A stretch of DNA of 64,000 nt from Macrostomum lignano (lineage: Eukaryota): NCBI GenBank assembly GCA_002269645.1, contig NIVC01002038.1, positions 88,060-152,059 on the forward strand, given 5' to 3'. Positions 1 to 11,094 of this stretch are shown piece after piece (the stretch's first letter is position 1; every line of letters starts with the position of its first letter). Made by a program: the position numbers and the translations under genes. A model generated the notes under the pieces. That model was not told the origin of the DNA, did not search any database, and worked only from the letters and a program-made list of their open reading frames with translations.

Positions 1-385
1 GTCGCTTTTTCAAGAGCAGCAAAGCCGCGGCCGCGACCAAAATGATGTGAAAACTGATTTGCGTGCGTGACAAACCGACGGAAGAAACCTTTGTTGCGGG
101 CATCGCGAACGTCGGTAGCGGCCAAATTTAAGTAGTGGGCCGCATCCCAGCAAATTGGTAAGCCTTCTTCGTCGTCGGGATCAATTCCCAGCTGCCTGCA
201 CAACTCTCCCTGGAACCGGCTGTTTACAACGTACTGGCCGTCAGCAACGACACCAACCACACTACGAAGCGGCGGATCAAGGTTGCTCACAGTTTTCAAC
301 GCCAGCTTTGCCAGGGCTTCGCCAGTCGCATTCATTTCAGCATCGTATACTTGTGGTGCACCGGCAGGTACAGCGAGAGCTGTAG
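1..385 (-). pseudogene. hAT-superfamily transposase fragment running off the window edge (absent from the ORF track)
   Basis: Manual translation of the minus strand gives ALAVPAGAPQVYDAEMNATGEALAKLALKTVSNLDPPLRSVVGVVADGQYVVNSRFQGELCRQLGIDPDDEEGLPICWDAAHYLNLAATDVRD. It has a GVVADG catalytic-Asp strand followed by WDAAHYLNL, matching the hAT C/W-x-A-H-x-L-N-L motif. Confidence 0.6.
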
Positions 386-399
386 AGTAGAGTTAGTAG

Positions 400-1500
400 A
401 GTTTGTACAATTAAGGCATCATGCCGAGAAAACTGTGCTTTTTGGGAACCATCAGGATCAGATGAATGATGGCGTTCACTATGGCGATTCTTGGCACAAA
501 AATTGGATCGGCTAATTCCACAGTTTGCAAGTGGCTTATTGTCAGCCAGGCAGACAATGCAGTAATGCAAGTCTCGAATCTTGCTTCTCATCCTAGGTCT
601 TTTAGCATTGCTTGCTGTAGGCATTGATGGAGTCAATCCTTTTTGATCTATAACTGGCCCTTGATCTTGCAAAGACAATGCTGCTGTTGTTGATGGACTT
701 GATATTGATATTTTCTGCAGGACGCTCTGTCCCCCAAAAGGGTGGCAGAGCGTATCTCTGTCGCTGTGGCATGATCGCAGAAGTTTGATGTTGCTGCATA
801 AGTTTGCTCAATTGTTCTGCCAATTGTGTCGTATCACTACTACAAGTAGTCAATAGTGGGGCACTTGCTTTCCATTGCATGCCGCAATGAATTAGTTGTT
901 CCTCTGTCTCAATGGTTTCTCTTAACAGCCTGTCTCGCAGCGAAGGTTGAGTATTACTAATGACATGGAGGATTAGACCTTGTTCTTGGTCAGCAAGGCG
1001 TTGTCTTTCTCGTGCAGCTATTTCTGCTGGTCCGATAGGCTAAGCTCCTGGGTTCGGCGGTGGTGGCTGGTGCAACGCTTTAATAATTTTGCGAACATCA
1101 TCGACGAAAGTAAGGAAGGATTCCGTCGGACTTATTTTTCCGTTATGAAGTTTGTGTAGAACTAGAAGCACAGATCGATTGTTTCCACATCTGGCGAATT
1201 GTGCTCTCAGTCGTGTAACTAAAGTATGATAGTCTTGCTGTGCCGCGGCATTTAAATTGCCATACATTTCTCCAGCAGTACCTTCTAGCAGTGGAGGAAG
1301 AAGAAGTGCTTTTTATGGATTTAGTGGTCCATATTCGCGAGTTACAAGGTCGAAGTGTTCAATGAAGGTGTTGAAATCCTTATCCATGGTATACATTCCA
1401 ACAGTTTCCTTGACATCGCGATGCACTGTAGGGTGTCTTCGAGCCATATTTTCAAATGGAAACGGCAAAAGGACAAGATCCGGATCAATTTCCAAAGGAT
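400..1500 (-). pseudogene. Degenerate LTR-retrotransposon gag relic
   Basis: Fragmented ORFs: DFNTFIEHFDLV (1313-1495), DYHTLVTRLRAQF...KISPTESFLTFVDDVRKIIKAL (1040-1267, capsid-like) and a decayed knuckle CIVCLADNKPLANC (337-678). Confidence 0.5.
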
Positions 1501-1849
1501 TTTCCAGATTGAACTTTCAATGTGGTGTTGCGTGGGTGTGCGTATGTGTGCAAGCTCTTATTTACTTAAGAGAAAAGACACGGAGCAAAAAATTCTGTGT
1601 TGCCTTTACCAAAGAAAGAAATTGAGATAAGATTCAAATTCCTCTCAAGGCTGCTTATTGGCCAGAAAGATGACGTGATTAAAGCGTGAGAAATGATAAC
1701 AACCATGATAGTACTATGTCCCACAAACTGGCTTTCGAAGCAGGGATCGGCAGATTTTTTACGTCAAAGGCCAGATAAAGAATCAAGCTCATGGCTGCGG
1801 GCCATATGAGAGTGAAAAGGAGAAGGAATAGACTATTAGAAAGAGCGGA

Positions 1850-3050
1850 GGGGCGAGGGGAGGATCAGAGAAAAGATAAAAAATAATAAGAGAGACGAGG
1901 GGGTGAGAAGAAAGCAGAGAATATAGGAGGAAGAAGCGAAAGGAGGGATAGAAGAGGGAGAGGAAAGAGTAGAGGTAATAAGAGGGAAAAAAGAAGAGTT
2001 AAGAGATGAGACAGAGAATCGATGAGAGAGGAGGGTAGAGAAGAGTGAGAAGAGAGTAGAGATGAGTAGACATAAGAGAACAGAGAGGAGATGAGAGGAG
2101 GGTAGAGAAGAGTGAGAAGAGAGTAGAGATGAGTAGACATGAGAGAACAGAGAGGAGATAAGAGAGGATTGAGAGTAGCAATTAGAAATGACAGAGAAGA
2201 GAGGAGATAAGAGGGGGAGAGAGGAGTGAGAAGAGGAGAGAGATGAGATAGAGTTGCGAAAGAAAAGAGGAGAAAGGAGAGATGATAGAGTAAAGGGAAG
2301 AGGAGGACAGAGGAAAGAGATGAGATTGTAGAGATAAGAGAGATGAAAGGAAAGCTGAAAGAGTAGAGATGAAAGATAAAGGAAGAGAGAGCAGAATGCA
2401 AAGACGAGAGAAGAGAATAGAGGGAGAGAGTAGAGGAGAAAAAAGAGAAGTAAGGAAAGAGAGGAGTCAGAAGAGGGGAAAGAGAAGACTACACCGGAGA
2501 GAACATATAAGAGTAAAGATGACAGATGAGAGAAAGGAGATGAGAGAGCAGAAGCGAGAGATGGGAGAGTAGAGAAAAAAGAGGAGAGATATATAAGAAT
2601 TGAGGTGAGAGGTGCACCCGGAGACAAAGGAAGATGAGAAGTGATTGAGGAGAGAGGAGTGGAGGGAAGAGAATCGAGAGGACAGGGGAAATTGGCGGAA
2701 AGGACGAGAGAGGAAAGGAAAGAGGAGAATGAAGAGGGGAGAGGAGAGATAAAAGAGAGCGAAAGAGAGAGAGAGAGAGAGAGAGAGCAGAGCAGAGAGA
2801 AACGAGAAGAGATAGGAGAGAAAGATAAAAGAAGAGAAAGGAGAGATGAGAGAGCAGACGAGAGAGGTGAGGGAAGAGACGAGAGACGAGGGGAGAGAGC
2901 AGAGATAAAACAAGAAAAGAGATGAGAGGAAAGAGAGAGAGGAAAGACTAGAGAGGAGAAGGAAGAGACGAGAGAAGAGGGGAGAGAGGAGAGAAGACAC
3001 AGAAAAAAAGGAGAGACGAGGGACGAGAGAGAAGAGAGGAAACAGAAAAT
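1850..3050. repeat. ~1.2-kb polypurine (GA-rich) low-complexity tract
   Basis: The plus strand is almost entirely A/G, with (GA)n runs (e.g. ~2762-2786) and a duplicated block gagggtagagaagagtgagaagagagtagagatgagtagacat at ~2031 and ~2098. Confidence 0.9.
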
Positions 3051-3301
3051 GAGATACAAGTTGCAATCGATCCAAGGTACGTATTGAGAGTCAGAGGCAG
3101 AGGCCAGAGTTTGCCAATACATGTTTTAGAGTCAGACAGACATTGCCCGACATTCTGCGCAGCACTTACCCCAGCCAACAATATCAAATGTTTGCCTCAA
3201 ATGCTAATTTTACACGAATGTACTCCATTTTATGTTTACTCTATCCTACTAACTATTAAGAAGTTTTTGCTAGAGTATAGCCTTAGCCCTCAGATCTCAG
3301 A

Positions 3302-3944
3302 GCACATGCACAAATATTTCCGGGAATCGGAATTCCCCGGGTTTAAAATCCACGGGTTTCAACAGCTTGTGAACAATTGAATTCTCTAAGTTTCTGTGTA
3401 TCCATACATGTATCCATAATGTAATCATTGTGCATGTGCATGTGCATTTGCAGGCGCTTGTGCATGTACTCCAGTAATTTAATTGTGCGAATGAGTAATC
3501 GCTATTTTAGGTATTAGTAATTTACATTATTGCACGTTATCCTAGGAGCCCTACCACACTTTCACAGCGAGTCGTCCTCGTAGCAGTGCCCGAGCGGTAA
3601 GACACTGAACAAAATTTTCCTAGTCTACTCGTAATTATTATTCCTTTTCGATAAACTTTCGATTCCACTGTCAATAAGAAAGTGATGACACCTAAGCATG
3701 TGGAGAGTACATGTAGAGAATTGTAACATTTTTTATATTTTAAGTTTTCATTAATATAGTTAGTGATGGTTTGTCCCTGTCAGCTGCAACAGCACATAAA
3801 GGCTCTGAGCCAGTGTCCTAGCCTCATCAGAAAGAAAGATGATGTTTTCTTTTCCTGGCTGTTGCCAGGCTGTTCACAAGCTGTTGAAACCCGTGGATTT
3901 TAAACCCGGGGAATTCCGATTCCCGGAAATATTTGTGCATGTGC
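3302..3944. mobile_element. Putative MITE/foldback element bounded by 74-bp perfect inverted repeats
   Basis: 3302-3375 (gcacatgcacaaatatttccggg...cttgtgaaca) is the exact reverse complement of 3871-3944, and the interior is non-coding. No convincing TSD was found. Confidence 0.6.
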
Positions 3945-4049
3945 ATGTGCAATTCGCGCCTCAGCTTTTCAATATTCAGTTCGAGTTTGACTACAGACTT
4001 CAGTTAAAGTTCAGATTCCCGGATTTATTTGCGCAATTTTTACTCCAAC

Positions 4050-4450
4050 TCACAAACTATCTCTTTCAAGTCTGCTTCTAGTCGATGTCACTTTGATGGT
4101 CTGGTGATGGTCGAGATCCGTTTTTTTGTTTTTTTGCCTGTGATCCGTTTTTTTCTGCTTCCTCTTTTCCTGATCATGCTGGCGTTGCAGTTGTTGGCTG
4201 CGGAGTGCGGCAAGCTTGAGGGGTATCCAGCCGATCTCCCCCAAGAGCGGCGCCACCAGTTGACCATTGGCGAGGTCCTTCAGTCCAGTAATTCCAATCT
4301 GACGTCGAACCCCATCAAGGGCCGGGCAGCTGAACAGGTGGTACTGTTCCACCTGCAGGCCGCATCGAGCGCAGGTGGCGTGGTCTAATTGTCCGATCCT
4401 GCGCTGTGGCGTTGCAGTTGCTGCTGCTCATTTTGCTGCTGAATGCTTAG
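4050..4450 (-). pseudogene. Possible 3' end of a non-LTR (LINE) ORF2 with C-terminal cysteine knuckle
   Basis: RRIGQLDHATCARCGLQVEQYHLFSCPALDGVRRQIG resembles the C-x2-C...H-x-x-x-CP...R motif at the end of many LINE ORF2 proteins. No RT domain is visible. Confidence 0.35.
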
Positions 4451-5949
4451 ATGAGCTTGCTGCTTGACACCAATCCAATCCTTTCACTAGGGAAAGGACA
4501 TGATCAAGGACGTCAGAAATGGAGGCCTCCAGCTTCGATAATATTTTGTTGCCAGATAAAGCCGTCATTCAGTGATTGTTTCCTTTGTTTCATTTTTTAT
4601 GAAAGTGCATGCAAATGTGATACTACTTTTGAGACATTCCTTAAATCCCGTCGGTCAGTAAGTACGATTTTTAGAGACAGAAAGTCCGTGTAAATCAGAC
4701 AATTTTAAAGAATTTACAAACTTTTTACCGAATTTTCTCCATTCGATTAAGCGAGAACTTTCGCCGATGTTAAACCAAATAAAAAAATAAAAAGGCTTGT
4801 TTTATAACGAATTTTCTTAGTCTTTACCCTATTTAAAAAGACGGAAGAACATCTCGATTTTTTCTCTTTTTTTCTGATGTAGAAACGGTCGCTACGTGTC
4901 AAGATTTTTTAATAAAAAGTAAATAATTGTTTTCGCCGATTTTCCAAGAGACAATAGGACAACATTCGTAAAATTTTACTAAAAATCTAACCGTTTTTGC
5001 CGAATTCTTCTAAGAAGGTATTGTATCCACTTAGTCCGATTTGTTCCAGATGAAATATTTTACATATTATGGGTTCCCCCATAAACGTTTCCTTCTGCCA
5101 ACAGTTCAGGAAGATAGCAAACAATTGACTCGATAGTACTTTCTCTGTGTGATCCCTAGAGTCACATTCTTTAACTTCTTGCGAGGATCGTTCCTCTTCA
5201 ATCAGTATATTTTATAAGCTAACGCACTGTACGCGAGCAAAGAGGAATAGGAGCAGTAGGGGGAGAAAGTGGAATTTTGAGGCCCAGTAGGCAGTGTCAG
5301 CCAAAGGTGGTTCATGCATCACGCGAGGGCCGCATGGCTAGGCTTCTTGCTCGCCGATCATCGGCTTTTTTTAGGCTTGCAGCCGTTACAGATTTTCTGC
5401 ATTTAAGGAGATGCTGCCAAGGCTGGATGCTTGTTCACGCATCACGCGCGTGTCGGCTGATTTCTCCCACTCTCTTGCTAACGGCACTTTCACTACACAA
5501 TAAATCGTTCCGTTATTGCTCCGTTTATACCATAAAAATCGTTTCGTCGGTGCCCGCCATGCAGGTATCCGCTGGGAACTGGACCTCTCCTTTGCCTGTT
5601 TGCGGTATAATAATACCACAAATGACAATTGTGGTATGCATGAATTTTTACGAGTATATGTATTCGAAGTGATTCCATTCTTTCAAAATGAGCAAGCACA
5701 CAAGTAGAATGTATTGATAGTATTTTGACTAAACTGATTAGTGACAAGATTGGCGACCGAATCAATGGTTGAGGCTAACTGCTAGAATTTTTTAATTTTT
5801 ATGAGTTTTAATGAACTATGAATTTATTGAACTTTTTAATGATGCAGAATACAAAAAAGTCATACAGCTGTCTATGACTACGCCGCCCTATCAGCTGCAT
5901 CCTTCGGAACTGTGCCTCATTTAAAGCGGCAACGCTAGCCTTCTTCGCA

Positions 5950-6600
5950 CGATCTCATGCCCGGAGGGTGTCAACGCAAGTTGTGTACGCGCTCTGTAAC
6001 TCAACCAGTGGTACGTCTAGTTTTTTGTGTGTACAGTGCTGAAGGATAATCTCCTTCTTCACTTCATCCGCCTTCTTAGTCCTTTCCGGACGTGTGTCGA
6101 CCGGTAAAGGTGGCGTTGCAAAGTTCTTTTTCAGTAAAGAAGTGCAAACCATCGCATTCAAAAGCTTTCGTCGAGCTGATGCCTGCTTTGGCTTCCTGCA
6201 CTAGCTTGTGGGCCGTATCGCGGTCAATCTGTCGCACGACGACATGCGGCAGTGCGTCGCACAGGGGCACTAGACGCACGACACTACTGCTGTACTTTTT
6301 GTGGGTGCTCAGGTAAATTTACAGCGTTACCCGGCTCATCCGCCAAGATGGAGCGCAAGTAGTCTACAGGCCGCACGCTTTCAGCCGTCGATGTCAGCAA
6401 AGCGGCAACGCGCAGATATGTTCGCTTAACGCCAATAACGTCCGCTCGATCGAGGGCGTCAAACACTCCGATCAGCGGGTGAAGTCTCACTGTCCGCTGC
6501 ACGCCCGCTGCATCCGCGTATGGGACACCAATCACACCATCCAAGCGAAGCCCGTTCAACATTGGTACAACCAATGGCATAAATTGGAAAGCACGTAGCT
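5950..6600 (-). pseudogene. CMC/EnSpm-like transposase relic 1
   Basis: MLNGLRLDGVIGVPYADAAGVQRTVRLHPLIGVFDALDRADVIGVK resembles the L-x2-G...D-x-x-A-R-A segment also seen in relics 3 and 4. The frame is broken. Confidence 0.5.
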
Positions 6601-6999
6601 TCACTAGAGAACAAAAAATATACAGAATTGCTTTGAAATTGTAATCGAATGAAGCAATCTTGCGCAATCATTGCAATTTAATTGTCAAAAATTGCAATAA
6701 TTTGCAATTCGAATAGCAACTTTCTTGCAATTTTAGCATTTCTCACAATTTAATTACAATTTTTTACTAATATGTCGTACGTAAATTGCAATTGTTTAAA
6801 TCTTTGTGTTTCTTTATTTGTACTACTAGTAGTGTAATGCAACTTCTGCCCCATGCTTTTCACACTCGTTAATTATCTACAAAAAGACCAAGTCAACAGA
6901 GAGAAGGCGTTCAAAGTTCAAAATTCAGTTAATTCAATGAATTATTCAATTCAATTCAACTAATATTCAATAACACGCAACGAAAAATGTATTTTTTTC

Positions 7000-9440
7000 C
7001 AAATAGGAACTGCATATGTTGAAGCAAACAAAGAAAAAGTAAACAGGTTGATTATCATCGACTAACTTTCAGCTTGATGGCAAATGCAACATACAAAACT
7101 AGCCATACTCTGAAACACAATTGTCGACAGAAAAAAGCGAAATGTTGGGGTCTTCGAGGATATTTTGATATACAACGCATGAGTAAAGAATGTTAATAGA
7201 AGGAATAGCAGCAATACGGGTAGTGGGTTTACCAAAAAAGAACATTTTATTAGCTAAATCTAATGCAACATTGAAAACAGACTGATCAGAGTCATTACTG
7301 TGAGAGGAAAAAAAATCCTTCTAAAACCCGCTCATACAGTCTAACACGCGCATGAAACAAGCCACTATTGTTTCTCGCAAATGAAATGATTTTACCAAAC
7401 GATCCAGTTTTATAGTAATAAAAACAAGATACATTTGAATCCTTCCTGAAAGCATACACACGTCGATCATCAATAGATATACAATGGCAGGAGTGAAATG
7501 TAATTTTGCATTCGCTACCCTAAAATTCAGCTTTGGTAATACCAAGGAAGGATAACACTTTGCTTTTCTCAGAAATATCGTTGCGCGAGAGGCAGTAAGA
7601 ACAAAACTTAGCAAGTAAAAACTTTTTACAAGCCTGCTTGATATGAAACCGCGTGCCTTTGCAATATTTTTTTATATTAACAAATTTGTTCTCAAATGAA
7701 AACATTGAATAGCGACTCATGGGTCCAAAGCGAGCAATTTGTGGGGGCAAGTGGAAAAGCAAGTAAAAGTTTAAAGTATAAATATTTTTGTCGAAAGAAA
7801 TTCCAAGTTGAGTCATACATAGGCCAACAATCGATTCAAGCTGATCCGCAAAATCCGCAGCATCAAAAACGTTCGCAATACGGCAAATAATGCAAAACAA
7901 CAACAGACTATGGGCTTGCTGCTGCTTTTTCCTTCTTACAAGAAAAGCTGCAATAGCTGGCAAAAAAGTGCAGACTTACGAACTTGAAATCTCTAGCCTT
8001 CCAGCAAGCTCGCTCATTTATCATCAATGGCTTTGTGAGATAACTTGGTAAAATAGCACCATGGAGCAGTAAATTTTTTTGAGCTAAGCTTCGGCCCAGA
8101 AAAAAAGATTGTTGCCAGTACTGACCATCAAATAAGAACTTTAGAATTGTTGAGGTACAATTCTTGTACAAAACATGAAGGCAAACAAATGAAAACAAAT
8201 CATGAAAAACAGACATGCCTTTAATGCCCCAATCAGGACGACACCCAGAGCGAATAACAATAGTAACACGCTTATTGTAAGTTTCTGAGTTCACTAAAAC
8301 ACCTAGATTTAGGAATTTTCGAAAATGTCCTCGGCCAACTTTAACAACTTTCCCCGGTGCATCACAGTATAGACAACCAAATTACCATTAAATTGTGTGT
8401 GCTCAAGTACACTGGCCATGGCTGGCAAGTCGAATACAAGAGAAAATATTTCTAGCTAAACAGGCACAAGCTCACCATTAATGACAAAGTTATGAGTTTC
8501 AAGAAAACCAATTTGGGCAAGCTATGAATTCAAAAACAAATGCTAATTTGGTTTTTTATCACCAATAAAAATACCTAACATTAACATATTCTCAATTCTA
8601 GCTCGTAAAATTGGTGGCAAGTTGAGAATTTGAGCTTGAACTAGCCAAATAGATTAAGATGAAAATGTAAAAAACTTGCCACCATCAGTAGACAAGTGAA
8701 GGTATAGCTTCAAAGGCTGACATTTAAGTTCAATATCTTTTAGAACATCAGTCTTGATCATTTCACTAGAGGAATACTCATAAATTGTCTGCAGATGTTG
8801 CTGTAGCACAAAAATAACTTGCAAAAATAGGTCAAGTTTAGCAATTTTTATTGTTGTGGAATTACAGCACTTTCGTAAAGGAGAGACTTCTTTGCACTGA
8901 GGGTTAGAGAAAATTTCTGTGAACTGAATGAACTTGTGGGGGGCAAAGACACGACGCATTGAAGTTTTGATTCGAGAAATGGTGATTGGAATTGTAACCA
9001 CATTCATTAAAGTTAAAACATTTAACAACAAACAAACAGTTGATTGTGATGAACCAGATGACAAGACAATGTAAATAATAGCCATGCAAACTATTTCTCG
9101 GTTGTTTCTCATGTTAAGAGAGGAAAAGTAATCATGAACTTTGGTACACATTGCAGAATTAAGCAGCAACTCGAGGCTAGAGTTGGAGTTAGACTTTGAC
9201 TTTGTTGGAGTTAGTTTTTGTTTCATCACTTGCTTCAACAATATCATGTTGAGTACTTGCAGCAACATTGGTCTCCAACACAGCACTTGAATCGGAATCC
9301 ATATCATCAACATGATTGAGTGAACTAAATGCATCCGAAAATTCACGAGCCATTGCAAAATTTTTAAAATTCGTAGTTGTAAAAGTTGCAATTTGTAGAA
9401 GTTCAGTAGTAGTAGCTGCAGGAATTGTAGTAGTCAAGGT
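7000..9440 (-). pseudogene. CMC/EnSpm-like transposase relic 2 (most of the gene, frameshifted)
   Basis: Motifs appear in the expected order: LYLHLSTDGGKFFTFSS (first catalytic Asp), WGIKGMSVF, RACWKARDFK, and LLFHLPPQIARFGPMSRYSMFSFENKFVNIKKYCKGT (DUF4218-type HL...GP...S-x-F-x-FE). Confidence 0.8.
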
Positions 9441-11094
9441 GATAAATATTCATAAATTCGCAATATAGGCCAATCAAGCTTTGATGAACGCCTCGTTGAT
9501 GATAGCCCGGCGTTCCGACTCAATCATGGCCCTTAGAGTGACGCTCTGCGGCGTGGCCCACGCTGTCACATCGAGGGGATCTACTTCTCTCTCCCAGCCT
9601 CTGCTGGACTGGCGGCCTTCCTTCGGGGCGCCAGTTGGCCGTTCTCTGCCCGAAGCGACTTCTCGGCGCGCCTGCAGAGGCCCTATCCCGTCCTCTGGTT
9701 GTTGGTTTTTCCAGTTATGTCGTCTTTCTTGGTGTAGGCTCTGTCCGGGGTCCGATAGTGGCTTGCATCTATCTTTAGCTCGTTAGATCGTATTTCGTAT
9801 CTTTCTTTAGCAATGTGCGCCGGACGACGCCGGTGGATGCCGCAACCGGAGGAGTGGCCGATAAGGGCGCCGGCCTGGTGGCAACTCGGCCCTCCGGTCA
9901 AGGCGAGGAAGTGATTTCGGCCCCGAATGAATCGCTCGATGCAGATAGCGACAGCTGCTGTTCAAGCGGAATTTCAATGTCGCTCATGTCTGGGCTAGAA
10001 TGTAGGTTTAAGAGCTAATGTAGGTATTGCAGTAATAATGTTGGCTTAATTGATTAATAATGAGCATTGCATACTAATTGCGGTAAATATGTTGAAAGCA
10101 GCAGAAAAATTCTTAATAAAGGCAGTGCAATTGATTGGCAAGGTAAAAATATAAATAGGCTCATTGCACTGTGTGAAATGCAGGCAATATCTAAAAAATT
10201 AAAGCTTTATAGTTGTGTGAAAAAATGGGAGCATTGCTGCATTAAGCATCCCCTAATTTGATTATTACAGCTGCCCTAGGTGCACGCTGCGCACATTGGT
10301 ATAAAAGTCTAGTGACCGGAGTCCTTTCTTCCTATATCTCGCAGGTGCTCACTCACCTGGAATGGCGACATTGGCCCTCTAGCCCGCTCTTCAGCATACT
10401 GCAGCGCTTAGGTACACGCCACCTCCATGCTCTGTACGCGCTCTGCGGCAGTGGCCTTGGCTAGGAACCTGGTGCATTCCGTCGGCACCATCGGGTCGTA
10501 CAGGCCCGTGTTGGCGGTGCGCAGCAACCACTTCTTGAGCGCCTTGGTGCATTTCCGGAATTCCTTCTGGCTGGCACCTGATGACTGCTATCGTTTTCGG
10601 ATTGCTCGGCCGCGGTGAGTGGGCCTGGAAGAACCTGGTGACTTCCAGGATAGGCTCATTAGTCGCCGGAGCCGGCTCCCGCTCCTTCGGATCCTTGCCT
10701 GGCCGATCCTGTGATACTGGAGCCTCAACAGCTGGGCTCAAGACTTCTTCGATGTCTGAAAACTCAACGTCCAATAACATTTTCAAGAACTCGTCGTGCT
10801 TTTTTTAATCTCCTCATGCTTCTTTGTCGCGTCCTCTAAATCTACACTTCCTAAATCTATAACTAGATTTCCTTCCTTCCTCTATCGGCTCCATTTGACG
10901 GATCTTCTCAGGCTCGTCCGCCTGTTCTTCTACTCTCACCGAGCGCACTCTTAACGGCGGCTCATTCTCGTCGGTGTTGTTAGCTCTTCTCTTCCCAGAG
11001 TAAATTTATTTGGGTAAACGCGCTATGGGGCGTTAGCTATGATGTTATTCGAGCTGGAAGAGTAGATAGGGGTTAAACAACTCCTTTACTCTCT

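Noticed and set aside
1836-3122. Long Leu/Ser-rich (428 aa, 202 aa, 178 aa) and Arg/Glu-rich ORFs
   Set aside because: They are by-products of the polypurine tract, whose pyrimidine strand lacks stop codons.
5386-5765. Kelch-like or Helitron Rep-like fragment (YLHGG; IHILV)
   Set aside because: Single short motifs with no supporting context.
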